NCBI GenBank assembly: GCA_965248925.1
Contig: CBDFLE010000005.1
Coordinates: 1,760,001-1,824,000, forward strand
Reading direction: 5' to 3'
DNA length: 64,000 nt
DNA from: Candidatus Multivoradales bacterium
GTDB taxonomy: Bacteria; Acidobacteriota; Thermoanaerobaculia; Multivoradales; J023
Under the pieces are notes generated by a model that saw only the letters and a program-made list of their open reading frames with translations, ran no database searches and had not been told where the DNA came from. Made by a program: the position numbers and the translations under genes. Position 1 is the stretch's first letter; each line of letters begins with the position of its first letter. Of this stretch, positions 28,987 to 39,518 are shown in pieces.

Positions 28987-29985
28987 TCAAGCCTGCTGCC
29001 AGGCGCGGCGTTGCAGGCGGCCGTTCTCTTGGTAGATCTGCCGCACCCAGGTGAGTTCTTCGGCAGTCAACGGCTCGCCCACTCGGCCAGCCGCCCGCAC
29101 CTGTTGCGGGCGGCGCTGGCCGAGCAGCACGCAGGCATTCGGACTGTCGGCGAGCAGCGCGCCGACCAGGCCATGCAATACGGGTTCGCAGCTGCCGGCG
29201 AATCGCTGCTGCAGCTGTTGGCGGCACTGTCGCAGCCGATGCAGCAGAGCGAAGTCGCGAAACTCAGGAATCGCGTTGCGATGGTCGCCATCACCGAAAG
29301 TCACCGGACCTTCGAACTCGCCGAGGAGCAAGCCGTGTTTCAGCGGCGAGAAGAAAGCCACCCCGACGTCATGGGCTTCGACCCAATCCTTCAAACCACT
29401 CGCGGCATAGGTGTCGTCAACCACGTTGCGGTAGGCCTGTACCGCTTGCGGCTGCACTCGATCAGCATAGCGAACGATGCGTTCGTCGCTCCAATCCGAG
29501 AGACCGATGAAGCGGATCTTGCCTTCTTCCCGAAAACGCCGCATCACCTCGATGGCATCGTCCAGGTATTCGTCTTGGGAGCCGAAATCGCAATGGTGCA
29601 AGTAGTAGAGGTCGATATGGTCGAGACGCAAGTTGAACAACGAGCGTTCCAACTGGCGACGCATCTGCTCGGGATGGTAGTAGTGCTCGAATTGACCAGG
29701 ATCCCAACCCACTTTCGAGGCCAGGAAAATGTCTTCGCGGGGCACCTCCGACCAGGCCTCGCCGATCAGCTGCTCGGAGTGGCCACGGCCATAGACATCG
29801 GCGGTATCCCAATGCCGCACTTGCCGCCGGTGGGCTTCCACCAGGGTCTTGCGAACCGCCGAGTCGCGAGTACCAAACCAGCCCACCGGGCGGCCGTTGG
29901 CAGTCGCCGGCCCGCCATGGGACCAGGTGCCCAGACCAATAGATCCAAGGTGCAAGTCAGTACAGCCGAAGCGGACGGTTTTCAT
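28987..29985 (-). CDS. Aldo/keto reductase
   Basis: GLGTW, WDTADVYGRGHSE, ASKVG, SLFNLRLDHIDLYYLH, GKIRFIGLS, SPLKHGLL. Confidence 0.92.
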   Translation of the reverse strand: MKTVRFGCTDLHLGSIGLGTWSHGGPATANGRPVGWFGTRDSAVRKTLVEAHRRQVRHWDTADVYGRGHSEQLIGEAWSEVPREDIFLASKVGWDPGQFEHYYHPEQMRRQLERSLFNLRLDHIDLYYLHHCDFGSQDEYLDDAIEVMRRFREEGKIRFIGLSDWSDERIVRYADRVQPQAVQAYRNVVDDTYAASGLKDWVEAHDVGVAFFSPLKHGLLLGEFEGPVTFGDGDHRNAIPEFRDFALLHRLRQCRQQLQQRFAGSCEPVLHGLVGALLADSPNACVLLGQRRPQQVRAAGRVGEPLTAEELTWVRQIYQENGRLQRRAWQQA

Positions 29986-30097
29986 GCGGATCGGTACTCT
30001 CTAGCAGAACGAATTCCAGCCGTCTCCCCGACAGCCGACGGCCCTTCATCTTGGCCGGCCGGCAGCTTAACACGAGCTCTTGGCCAGCCAACGCGGC

Positions 30098-30125
30098 TTG
30101 ACCTCCAGCAGCAAGGGGTTATGAT
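30098..30125 (+). promoter_or_regulatory. Putative sigma70 promoter of the ileS leader
   Basis: TTGACC (30098-30103), 16-nt spacer, TATGAT (30120-30125). Confidence 0.55.
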
Positions 30126-30132
30126 GGGCGCC

Positions 30133-30260
30133 ATGACTGCCATGGAACTGAGAAAGAACTTCCGTTGGATCTTGATTAGCGGCTCCACCGCCCACTGAGC
30201 GAGCCCCGAACGGATTCATCCCGCAAACGGCCTCGCCTACTGGCGAGGCCGTTCCTGTTT
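30133..30260 (+). promoter_or_regulatory. Candidate leader-peptide attenuator upstream of ileS
   Basis: Short ORF MTAMELRKNFRWILISGSTAH (30133-30198) with ATC-TTG-ATT; 12-bp perfect hairpin AACGGCCTCGCC/GGCGAGGCCGTT (30226-30253); alternative pairings are possible. Confidence 0.55.
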
Positions 30261-30326
30261 AGAACATGTTGAGAACGGCAGCGCGCAGCGAGAGTCCACT
30301 AACCCGCGCCGACCGAGGAACCCGCG

Positions 30327-33206
30327 ATGAGTGACCCATCCCAAACTACGACTGCCCATGCCGACGAGCAGGCCAAAAGGCGCAAGAAGAGGTACAAGAA
30401 GAGCCTCAACCTGCCCAGGACACCTTTTCCAATGCGCGCCAACCTGGCTCAGAACGAGCCCCAAACTCTGCGCCGCTGGCAGGCCGAAGGACTCTACATG
30501 CGGCTGCTCGAGGAACGCGCCGACGAAACGCCCTTCGTCTTTCACGATGGCCCCCCCTACGCCAATGGCACCTTGCATCTCGGCCACCTGCTGAACAAAG
30601 TGCTCAAGGACCTAGTGGTGCGCAGTCGCAATCTGTCCGGTGAGCGCTGTCACTTCATCCCCGGTTGGGATTGTCACGGCCTGCCGATCGAACACCAGGT
30701 GATGACCGCCTTGATCGAATCCGGCAAGGGGCAAAAGTTGGCCAGCTTGAGCGATGACGACCGTCGCATGGCGGTGCGGCGGGAGTGCCAGCGCTCGGCT
30801 GAGAAGTTCGTCAAACTGCAGAGCGCGCAGATGCAACGCCTGCTGGTGGCGGCGGATTTCGACAACCCCTACTTGACGATGAAACCGGTATATGAACAGG
30901 CGGTGCTACAGGTTTTCGCTGATCTGGTCGACGCCGGCCTGGTCTACCGCGACCTCAAACCGGTGCATTGGTCGATCGCCAACCGCACCGCCCTCGCCGA
31001 AGCCGAGTTGGAGTATGAAGACCGCACCGACTCCTCAGTTTATGTCCGGTTCGACATCTGCGAGCCAACGGCGCTGGCCACCGCATTTAGTCTCGACAGC
31101 CCAACCGCGAGCAGCCTGACCGACGCCGGCCTGCTGATCTGGACCACCACCCCCTGGACTCTGCCCGCCAATCGGCTGATCGCGGTTCACCCCGAGGTCG
31201 AGTACGCCTTGGTCGAGCTGGCCGGCAAGCCCACCGTGGTGGCTAGCTCGCTGATCACCTCCGTGGCCGGCAAACTCGGCGTCGAGACGCCAGCCCCCAG
31301 CGCCACGGCGAAGGGCAAAGCGCTGCTGGAGATCGCCTACCAACACCCCTTCCTCGACTTCCAAGGCCGGGTGGTCGCCGCCGACTACGTCACTCTGGAA
31401 GACGGCAGCGGCCTGGTACACACCGCGCCGGGCCATGGCCAAGAGGACTACCTCACCGGTCTGCGCGAAGGGGTGCCGACCTACTGCCCGGTGCGCGGCG
31501 ACGGCACCTACGACGACTCGGTGCCCGAGTGGCTGCGCGGCCTCTCGGTGTGGGACGCCAATCCGAAAGTGGTCGAGCGCTTGCGCTCCAAGGGTCATCT
31601 ACTGCACCACGAGGAGTACAGCCACTCCTATCCCCACGATTGGCGTTCGAAGACACCGGTGATCTTCCGCGCCACCGAGCAGTGGTTCATCGCCGTCGAC
31701 CGCACCGCCAAAGGGCGCGCCGGCAGCTTGCGCCAGATGGCCCTCGACGCCACCGCGTCACAGGTTGAGTTCATCCCCGACTGGGGCCGCAAACGGATGC
31801 GCGGCATGCTCGAATCGCGACCCGATTGGTGCATCTCGCGACAGCGCGCCTGGGGTTTGCCGATCCCTGCCTTCACCCTGCCAAACGGCCAGGTGCTGCT
31901 GACTTCGGCCTCGGTGCGCGCCGTCGCCGCAGCCTTTGGCCGCGACGGCTCGGATGCCTGGTTCACCAAGAGCCCGGCCGAGCTGCTGCGCGATTGGGAC
32001 CCGGCGAGCGACCGCGACGCCCCGGCGGCAGTCGAGGTCGACCAACTGGAGAAGGCCTACGACATCTTCGACGTCTGGTTCGAATCCGGCTCCTCGTGGA
32101 ATGCGGTGATCCGCCGGCGGGGCATGGACTACCCGATCGATCTCTACCTGGAGGGCTCCGACCAGCATCGCGGCTGGTTCCAGCTGTCCTTGCTACCCGC
32201 CCTGGGAGCCACCGGCGACCCCCCCTTCAAGCGGGTCCTCACTCACGGCTTCATGGTCGACAAGAACGGCCGCAAGATGTCGAAATCCCTCGGCAATGCC
32301 CTCGAAGTCGAGGACTTGCTGAAAGACTTCGGCGCCGATGTCTGCCGCTGGTGGGTTTCATCATTGGCCTACGAGAACGACTTCAAAGTCGATCTCAGCT
32401 TCTTCCAGCTGGCTGCTGAGTCGTACCGCAAGGTGCGCAACACCCTGCGGTTCTTGCTCAGCAACTTGCAGGACTACCAACCGCCGCCAGGTGATTCCCA
32501 ACCACAGCTCAATCCAACCTCGATCGACGCTCTTGCTCTCGAGCGTCTGGCTGAGCTGAATAACAAAGTGCAAGCGGCCTACCAGGCTTTTGCCTTCCGC
32601 CGAGCCCACCAGCTGCTCTTTGACTACTGCAACGAGACCCTCTCGGCGCTCTACCTCAACGCGGTCAAAGACCGGCTGTACTGTGATCGCCCGGACTCGC
32701 CGCGGCGGCGCCAGACCCAATACGTTCTCTGGCAAACCGTCGATGTGCTGGCTCGCTTGCTAGCGCCGATCGTGCCGCACACCGCTGAGGAAGCCTACGC
32801 AGCGCTGCACGGTGACGGCACTCCCTCCATCCACCTGCGGCACTTCGCCGACTTCACCGCCACCGCCGACGCCGCCTGGTCGACCGTGCTAGAGCTGCGC
32901 GAAGCGGCCCTCAAGGCCCTCGAAGAAGCCAAGAGCAGTGGGCTAGAGAACCCCCTCGACGCCGGCTTGAAGTTTGCCGACCCAGAGGGCCTGCTAGCCC
33001 CTTTCAGCGCTGATCTGGCCGACTTGATGGGGGTGTCGAGAGTCGAACTCAGCAGCACAGCTGGCGACTTGGCGGATGATCTAACCGTGACGGATCTGCG
33101 CGACCAACCCCGCTGCGAACGCAGTTGGCGCCGAGATGGCACCGTCCGCCAACGCCGCGATGGGGGCTCGCTCAGCGACCGCGATGCCGACGCGGTGGGA
33201 GCCTGA
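30327..33206 (+). CDS. ileS: Isoleucine--tRNA ligase
   Basis: HDGPPYANG.LHLGH, PGWDCHGLPIE, WTTTPWTLP, DWCISRQR, EGSDQHRGWF, KMSKS. Confidence 0.97.
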   Translation: MSDPSQTTTAHADEQAKRRKKRYKKSLNLPRTPFPMRANLAQNEPQTLRRWQAEGLYMRLLEERADETPFVFHDGPPYANGTLHLGHLLNKVLKDLVVRSRNLSGERCHFIPGWDCHGLPIEHQVMTALIESGKGQKLASLSDDDRRMAVRRECQRSAEKFVKLQSAQMQRLLVAADFDNPYLTMKPVYEQAVLQVFADLVDAGLVYRDLKPVHWSIANRTALAEAELEYEDRTDSSVYVRFDICEPTALATAFSLDSPTASSLTDAGLLIWTTTPWTLPANRLIAVHPEVEYALVELAGKPTVVASSLITSVAGKLGVETPAPSATAKGKALLEIAYQHPFLDFQGRVVAADYVTLEDGSGLVHTAPGHGQEDYLTGLREGVPTYCPVRGDGTYDDSVPEWLRGLSVWDANPKVVERLRSKGHLLHHEEYSHSYPHDWRSKTPVIFRATEQWFIAVDRTAKGRAGSLRQMALDATASQVEFIPDWGRKRMRGMLESRPDWCISRQRAWGLPIPAFTLPNGQVLLTSASVRAVAAAFGRDGSDAWFTKSPAELLRDWDPASDRDAPAAVEVDQLEKAYDIFDVWFESGSSWNAVIRRRGMDYPIDLYLEGSDQHRGWFQLSLLPALGATGDPPFKRVLTHGFMVDKNGRKMSKSLGNALEVEDLLKDFGADVCRWWVSSLAYENDFKVDLSFFQLAAESYRKVRNTLRFLLSNLQDYQPPPGDSQPQLNPTSIDALALERLAELNNKVQAAYQAFAFRRAHQLLFDYCNETLSALYLNAVKDRLYCDRPDSPRRRQTQYVLWQTVDVLARLLAPIVPHTAEEAYAALHGDGTPSIHLRHFADFTATADAAWSTVLELREAALKALEEAKSSGLENPLDAGLKFADPEGLLAPFSADLADLMGVSRVELSSTAGDLADDLTVTDLRDQPRCERSWRRDGTVRQRRDGGSLSDRDADAVGA

Positions 33207-33340
33207 GGGGCAGCTCCAAGACCGAATCGATCTTGGTTCAGCAGCGCTCAACCACCGGCCGGCTGCGACTCGTCGAGCAGCCGGCTGACCGTCTGGCGCC
33301 AGCCCTGCTGGCCAGCGGCTTTGCCCGCCGGCACGTCAAG

Positions 33341-34843
33341 TTAGCGTCGCTGGGCTTCGAGCTGTAGTGCCGCCAGCTGTTCTTCGGCGGCTTGCTGACG
33401 CTGGTTTTCGAGGTAGATAGTCGGCGCCGCCGCCCGTTCCTCGCAAGCATCACCGATCAGTCGGCATCGCTGGCACGTCAGGTCGACCTCGACTCGCGGC
33501 ACTGCCGGGTCGTTCCACCAGCGCACCCGCCGCTTGAAGTCGGCATTGATGCGAAAGCCAAGGGAGACGCTGGAGTGACGATCGGGAGCCAGGGAGAGCT
33601 GCCGGGACACACTGACGACGAAGAACTCACTACCGTCGCGGAGGAACGAGGAGCGTTGCACGTCGATCCGTAAACCATCTTCCCCCACGACCTCGGCAAC
33701 CGCTGCGCCTAGGGTGCGCAGCCCCGGCCAGCGGCGGCAGTAGTGCTCGTCGAGACCGACTCCATGGGGCACCGGCACCTGGCTCATGTTGAGTATCTTG
33801 GTCAGCTCCACCCGTTCGCTATCGGCCTCGCGATGGAAGCGAACAAAGAAGATCTCGCCGAGTCCAAAGAGTCCCGGCAGCAGCTGGCTGAGACGGTAGA
33901 AAAGGGTTTCCGGAGTCGCCTGATAGCGACCCATAAGGGCAAGAAACTGCGCTGAGGACCACTCCGGCAAACGCAAAAACAGGCGCAAGTCCGCTTGTAA
34001 CTGGCGTCGGTTGACCAACAGGGCGCCAGCAAAGTAGGCGGCTCTGAAATCGTTGATCACCTGTTCCAGCGAAGCCACCGAAAGTTGGGTCGAACAGGTG
34101 GAGCGCTCCACTAGACCGAGCCGCCGATAGCCCAGTTCCCGCCCCATCAAAAAAGCCTGCTGCGAGGGCTTCAGCCGCCGATTGATCAGTAGCAGCGGCT
34201 TCTCTCCTTCAACCCACACCGAGCGCATGCCTTGCAACTGCGGGTAGTCGTCGAGGCGCTGATGATCGATCTCGATGCCCTCCCGGGCCAACAATCGCCG
34301 CAACTGCGCGGCGCTCAGGGTCAATTTGTCCTGCCAACCCTGCTCGGCGAGCAGCTGCTCGGCGGCTTGCTCGATCTCCTCGAAGTAGTTCTTGTGCAGG
34401 CATTGGTAGGCCCGCAGGGCGGCGAACTGAACATGCTCGACGCGCACATCGTAGGCGCGAGCGACCTCGACAATGGTGCGCACCAAGGCATCCGCCTGAT
34501 CTGGCGAATTGGACACCAGAGCGAGTACATCTTCCGGTTCAAGTCCGAAGTGGGCGAGAGGAAAATCTTGCAAGAACGAAGACGAGAACAAAGCTGCGAC
34601 CGAGCCCAATTCAGCCCCCACTTTGACCGACACCAGATCGTCGTAAGGCACTTCGAGGGCTTTCGCCAGCTCGACCAATTTGTCCGGCTTGGGATATTTG
34701 CGTCCCTTCTCGATCTCACTCAAATACGACACCGACAAACCGGTCCGCTGGTGCAGCTCCTTGAGCCCATAGCCGCGTTGCTGGCGATAAGTACGCAGCT
34801 TGAGGCCGAGAATGTAACGCAGATTGTCGGGATGAAGATCCAT
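33341..34843 (-). CDS. XRE-family regulator of the RamB/PrpR/ScfR type, divergent from aceBA
   Basis: HTH LSVSYLSEIEKGRKYP; central Peptidase_M78-like region; EHYCRRW; C-terminal TCQRC...CEERAA Cys cluster. Confidence 0.8.
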   Translation of the reverse strand: MDLHPDNLRYILGLKLRTYRQQRGYGLKELHQRTGLSVSYLSEIEKGRKYPKPDKLVELAKALEVPYDDLVSVKVGAELGSVAALFSSSFLQDFPLAHFGLEPEDVLALVSNSPDQADALVRTIVEVARAYDVRVEHVQFAALRAYQCLHKNYFEEIEQAAEQLLAEQGWQDKLTLSAAQLRRLLAREGIEIDHQRLDDYPQLQGMRSVWVEGEKPLLLINRRLKPSQQAFLMGRELGYRRLGLVERSTCSTQLSVASLEQVINDFRAAYFAGALLVNRRQLQADLRLFLRLPEWSSAQFLALMGRYQATPETLFYRLSQLLPGLFGLGEIFFVRFHREADSERVELTKILNMSQVPVPHGVGLDEHYCRRWPGLRTLGAAVAEVVGEDGLRIDVQRSSFLRDGSEFFVVSVSRQLSLAPDRHSSVSLGFRINADFKRRVRWWNDPAVPRVEVDLTCQRCRLIGDACEERAAAPTIYLENQRQQAAEEQLAALQLEAQRR

Positions 34844-35050
34844 GCAGTGGTCGGCCGGCTATCGGGTGCTCGGCCTGAAACCGATTGTAGCAGCTACTAG
34901 GCCCCCACCAGGCAGCAGTGGGGGCCCCGGTTTCAGCTCAGGGATCGCGGCGGGTCTGGAAGTCGATCATGTTGCCCCACACCACCTGAGGGTTGGCGCA
35001 AGAGCCACCTAACGGCACCGCCCATCTGCCGAAGACAAGGCCGGAAGTTC

Positions 35051-35109
35051 AGCGAATAATTGAATTTAGCGAAATTTCGCTTGACACGACCTTTCGCTAG
35101 CTCTAACCT
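35051..35109 (+). promoter_or_regulatory. aceBA promoter with overlapping palindromic operator
   Basis: TTGACA (35081-35086), 17 nt, TAACCT (35104-35109); perfect palindrome AGCGAAATTTCGCT (35068-35081); extra half-sites at 35051 and 35092. Confidence 0.7.
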
Positions 35110-35156
35110 GATCACAGGCCAAAAGAAACGACCCACGCCCCAGGAGGATCTCGCCG

Positions 35157-36827
35157 GTGACCGCCACTGCTATCGCACTCCCCTCCCGTTCCACCTCAGA
35201 GCTTGCTTGGTTCGAGATCGGCGCCGGGGTATCGACCCACCCAGCCGCCTACAGCAGCGCCGCACGGCGGCTGCTGACCGACCGGGCGCTGCGCCTGCTG
35301 GCCAGCCTGCATCGCGAACTCGAAGGCGAGCGCGATACCCTGCTGCGGGCCCGGTTGGCACGTCAGCAAGAGTACGACTCGGGGGCCCTGCCGGACTACC
35401 TCGACCGCGACTCCGAGGCTGTGGTCGGCAATTGGCGGGTGGCCGAGATTCCGCCAGAGCTGAGGGTGCGGCGAGTAGAGATTACCGGCCCGGTCCATCA
35501 CCCCAAGATGGTGATCAACATGCTCAGCCGCAATGCCGCTGGCGACCGCGCAGACACCGCCATGTTGGACTTCGAAGACTCTATGAAGCCGACTTGGGAG
35601 AACATCGTCCAGGGGGTCCACAACGTCATCGCGGTAGCCCGCGGCACTCTCAGCTTCGTCCGGCCGGCGACAGCAGATCGCCCGGACAAGATCTACACAC
35701 TGGATGGCGACGATATGGCTCTGCCGATGGTGCGGGTGCGGGGCCTGCACTTGGAAGAATCGAACCTGCGGGTCGACGGCCAACCGATCGCCGCCGGCTT
35801 GCTCGACTTCGCTCTCTGTCTGCTGCACGCTGGCCCACTCTTTGTCCGCCGTGGATTGACCCCGACCTTCTACGTGCCGAAGACTGAGCATTATCTGGAA
35901 TCCCGGTGGTGGAACCGGCTCTTTGTTCTCGGCCAACGGCTGGTGGGTCTCGAGCCCGGCACTCTGCGCGCCACCTTCCTCATCGAAACGCTGCCCGCAG
36001 CATTGCAAATGGAAGAGATCTTGTACGAAGTGCGGCAGCATGCCGCCGGCCTCAACGTCGGCCGCTGGGACAAGATCTTCAGCGATATCAAGGTGCTGAA
36101 ATTCCACCCAGATCGGGTGCTTGCCGACCGCTCCTCGATCGGCATGGAGCAGCCTTGGATGCGCGCTTACGCCCAGCGCCTGATCCAGATTTGCCACCGT
36201 CGCGGCGCTTTCGCCATCGGTGGCATGGCCGCCTTCACCCCGGGCCGCGACGCTGACATGCGGGCCGCGCAAAGCGCCAAAGTGAAGGCCGACAAAGAGT
36301 TCGAAGCCAGCCTCGGCCACGACGGCTGCTGGGTCTCACATCCCTACTTCATCGGCATCGCCAAGGCCGCTTTCAAAAGCCCCAACCAACTCGACATCAC
36401 TCTCGCCGAAGTCGATCCTTACCCCGATCTAATTCCCGCCGGCGGCGGCTGGCGCACCCTCGACGGCCTGCGCACCAACCTACGGGTCGGCATCGCCTAT
36501 CTCAAGGGCTGGCAGGAGGGCGTCGGCTGTGTCGCTTGGGACCATCTGATGGAGGATCTGGCGACCCTGGAGATCAGCCGCGCCCAGACCTGGCAGTGGC
36601 TACAGCACGGCGCAACTCTCGACAGCCCAGACGGTGCTCTAGAAATGAACCGTGGCCTGGTAGCGAGGATCTTCGCCGAGCAGCTCGAGGTGATCCACCG
36701 CGAACTCAATGCCGCCGGCCAGAGTGACCAGAAGGCTGCCTACAGCCGCGCGCGCGACACCGCCGAGGCGCTCTTTACCCGCCGCCAGTTCAGCGAATTC
36801 ATGACCCGCAGCTCGGAGTTCGCCTGA
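35157..36827 (+). CDS. aceB: Malate synthase A
   Basis: [63 protein letters not shown]. Confidence 0.95.
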   Translation: MTATAIALPSRSTSELAWFEIGAGVSTHPAAYSSAARRLLTDRALRLLASLHRELEGERDTLLRARLARQQEYDSGALPDYLDRDSEAVVGNWRVAEIPPELRVRRVEITGPVHHPKMVINMLSRNAAGDRADTAMLDFEDSMKPTWENIVQGVHNVIAVARGTLSFVRPATADRPDKIYTLDGDDMALPMVRVRGLHLEESNLRVDGQPIAAGLLDFALCLLHAGPLFVRRGLTPTFYVPKTEHYLESRWWNRLFVLGQRLVGLEPGTLRATFLIETLPAALQMEEILYEVRQHAAGLNVGRWDKIFSDIKVLKFHPDRVLADRSSIGMEQPWMRAYAQRLIQICHRRGAFAIGGMAAFTPGRDADMRAAQSAKVKADKEFEASLGHDGCWVSHPYFIGIAKAAFKSPNQLDITLAEVDPYPDLIPAGGGWRTLDGLRTNLRVGIAYLKGWQEGVGCVAWDHLMEDLATLEISRAQTWQWLQHGATLDSPDGALEMNRGLVARIFAEQLEVIHRELNAAGQSDQKAAYSRARDTAEALFTRRQFSEFMTRSSEFA

Positions 36828-36900
36828 ACTCCACCCTCAGCCTGCGACAGACCCAAGATCCGAGTCGCCACAATTGATCGCCCTCTACCAGGAGCAAGCC

Positions 36901-38175
36901 ATGGCAACAGACGCAGACGAGATGAAGCCAACCCATCAAGCCGACGACCCGCGCTGGGCCGATATCCACCGGCCCTACTCCACCGCCGAAGTCGACCAGC
37001 TGCGCGGATCGATCCGCCTTCGCCACACCTTGGCCGAGCTCGGCGCCAGCCGGCTTTGGCGGCTGCTCAAGAACCAGGACTACGTGCAGGCGCTCGGTGC
37101 TCTGACCGGCAATCAAGCTATGCAGCAGGTCAAAGCCGGGCTGCAAGCGATCTACTGCAGCGGCTGGCAGGTGGCCGCCGACGCCAATGTCTCGGGCCAG
37201 ATGTATCCCGATCAAAGTCTCTACCCGAGCAACTCGGTGCCGGCCTTGGTCAAGAAGATCAACCAAACCCTGCTGCGAGCCGACCAGATTCACCACGCCG
37301 AGGGCGGCCAGCGGGTGCCGTGGTTGGCACCGATCGTCGCCGATGCCGAGGCCGGTTTCGGTGGCCCGCTGCACGCCTTCGAGCTGATGAAGTCGATGAT
37401 CGAAGCCGGCGCCGCCGGCGTCCACTTCGAAGACCAGCTGGCGTCTGAGAAGAAATGCGGTCACCTCGGTGGCAAGGTGCTGGTGCCCACCCGGCAGTTC
37501 GTCCAGACCCTGGTAGCCGCCCGTCTCGCCAGCGATGTCTTGGCGGTGCCGACCCTGGTGATCGCCCGCACCGACGCCGATTCGGCCCGCCTGATGACTT
37601 CCGACATCGATCCGGCCGATCACCGCTTCATGACCGGCGAGCGCAGCGCCGAAGGCTTTTACCAGATCACTGGTGGCCAGGATCAGGCCATCGCCCGCAG
37701 CCTAGCCTACGCCCCCTACGCCGACCTCCTGTGGTGCGAAACCTCGACTCCCAACCTAGAGGAAGCACGACGCTTCGCCGAGGCCATCCACGCTGAATTC
37801 CCGCACAAGCTGCTGGCCTACAACTGCTCACCCTCGTTCAATTGGGGCCACAAGCTCGACGCCACCACCATTGCCATCTTCCAACGCGAGTTGGGCGCCA
37901 TGGGCTATAAATTCCAATTCGTCACCCTGGCCGGTTTCCATGCCTTGAATCACTCGATGTTCGAGCTTGCCAGCGGCTACCGTGATCGCGGCATGGCCGC
38001 CTACTCGGAGTTGCAAGAGGCCGAGTTCGCCAACGAAGCCGCGGGCTACACCGCCACCAAGCACCAACGCGAGGTCGGCACCGGCTACTTCGATCAGGTG
38101 CGGCAGGTGATCTCCGGCGGCCTGGCGGCCACCAGCGCGATGAAAGAATCTACCGAATCGGCACAATTCGCTTGA
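36901..38175 (+). CDS. aceA: Isocitrate lyase
   Basis: [46 protein letters not shown]. Confidence 0.97.
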   Translation: MATDADEMKPTHQADDPRWADIHRPYSTAEVDQLRGSIRLRHTLAELGASRLWRLLKNQDYVQALGALTGNQAMQQVKAGLQAIYCSGWQVAADANVSGQMYPDQSLYPSNSVPALVKKINQTLLRADQIHHAEGGQRVPWLAPIVADAEAGFGGPLHAFELMKSMIEAGAAGVHFEDQLASEKKCGHLGGKVLVPTRQFVQTLVAARLASDVLAVPTLVIARTDADSARLMTSDIDPADHRFMTGERSAEGFYQITGGQDQAIARSLAYAPYADLLWCETSTPNLEEARRFAEAIHAEFPHKLLAYNCSPSFNWGHKLDATTIAIFQRELGAMGYKFQFVTLAGFHALNHSMFELASGYRDRGMAAYSELQEAEFANEAAGYTATKHQREVGTGYFDQVRQVISGGLAATSAMKESTESAQFA

Positions 38176-38197
38176 GTTTGACGGCCAGGCTCTGGAC

Positions 38198-38563
38198 TCA
38201 GTCCTCGTCACGGTGAACGGTGTCGGGAGAGAACGCCGGCAGGCAAACCGCGACATATTCGGCACCCTCGGCCTCGGGGGTGCTGTAGCGCACCCACTCA
38301 CCGGCTTCGGTCACCACCGCCTGACCGGCTCGAACCTCAAGCGCACCCTCGCCATGTTCGACCCTGAGCATGCCCGTCAGCACCACTGTCAGCTCTTCGA
38401 ACTCAGGTGTCTGCCCCGGCTCAACCCAGCCGGCTGGAGATTGCATCTGAGCGATGCTGATCCCTCGGTGGCCGCTGTTGATCCGGCCCACAAACTCTTC
38501 GATCCGCTTCGGCTTGGTGCCGGCGGCGGCGATGACGGTAGGTGCTGCGATCATTTTCGGCAT
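38198..38563 (-). CDS. Cupin-domain protein
   Basis: KPKRIEEFVGR, GWVEPGQTPEFEE.TVVL.G, AGEWVRYSTP, CLPAFSP. Confidence 0.85.
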   Translation of the reverse strand: MPKMIAAPTVIAAAGTKPKRIEEFVGRINSGHRGISIAQMQSPAGWVEPGQTPEFEELTVVLTGMLRVEHGEGALEVRAGQAVVTEAGEWVRYSTPEAEGAEYVAVCLPAFSPDTVHRDED

Positions 38564-38701
38564 AGGCGGGATGATATCCCAGCCAGGCCGTAAGGAAGAA
38601 CCGGGCGCAGGCCGGTGCATTTCCCCTGCCGGCCAATGTCGACTAGACTCGGTGATCGGCATCCGGTAAACGGCTGTACAACATTTGCATTTAGCTAAAA
38701 G

Positions 38702-39448
38702 ATGATCTATCTCGTCGCCCTATCAGCTGCGGCCTCTGAGGCTAGCGTGCTGGCGGCGCTCTTCGGCGCCGGCTTCCTCACTTTGGTGCTACTGGCCCTG
38801 CTAGCCCTGGTGATCAATGCCAGCATTGTCTACTTGGCGGCCCGTCTCACCGGGTTGCGGGGCCGTTTTCGAGTCGCCTGCAAGACCACTTTGGTCGGCT
38901 GGATGCTGGCCATGGTCGGCGGTATCGTCATTGGTTTCCTGGTGCGCTTGGTTTGGCCGGGACTGGCCCTTCCCGTGGGTCTGTTCGTCGTTGCTTTATT
39001 TGGCACCATCGCGGTCCGAACTTGCTATGGCACCTCTTGGATCCGAGCCCTGGCCACCCACCTGGCGACCGCCCTACTGACCGTTCTGACCCTCTCGGGT
39101 CTCGGCATGCTGACCTACCAATCGCTGGGCAGTGATCGTGTGGCGGCGATCGCCCGCCAGCTGGGCGCCGAGAATGTCCCTCGGGTGTGGGTCAACAAGG
39201 TCAACGGCAACAGCAAGAACTCAGAGCCCGAAGAACCCATGTTGATCGCCACGCCGCTGGCCCGTGCCGCCGACCACCTCGGCCAAGAAGTCTTGATAGC
39301 ACTCACCGATGGCCGCACCGCCAGAGGTCAGCTCCTCGAAGCCGACGCCGACTCCTTGACCCTGCGAGAAGATCTCCAAGGTGGCAGCATGTCGATCACC
39401 ATCGACTTCGCCGACGTGCTGCAGCTGCAGCGAGTAATCCGGCAGTAG
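38702..39448 (+). CDS. Membrane protein with C-terminal Sm/LSm-like small beta domain
   Basis: About four hydrophobic helices, then HLGQEVLIALTDGRTARGQLLEADADSLTL. Confidence 0.55.
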   Translation: MIYLVALSAAASEASVLAALFGAGFLTLVLLALLALVINASIVYLAARLTGLRGRFRVACKTTLVGWMLAMVGGIVIGFLVRLVWPGLALPVGLFVVALFGTIAVRTCYGTSWIRALATHLATALLTVLTLSGLGMLTYQSLGSDRVAAIARQLGAENVPRVWVNKVNGNSKNSEPEEPMLIATPLARAADHLGQEVLIALTDGRTARGQLLEADADSLTLREDLQGGSMSITIDFADVLQLQRVIRQ

Positions 39449-39518
39449 TTGTCGAACCTGCCTCGCAACCTGCAGTCCGCCGCGGAAGCTGCCGTGGTCG
39501 CTGCACCAGAACCCTTGT

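Noticed and set aside
30126-30326. T-box riboswitch for ileS
   Set aside because: No GGTGGNACCGCG T-box motif or stem I features; a leader-peptide model fits better.
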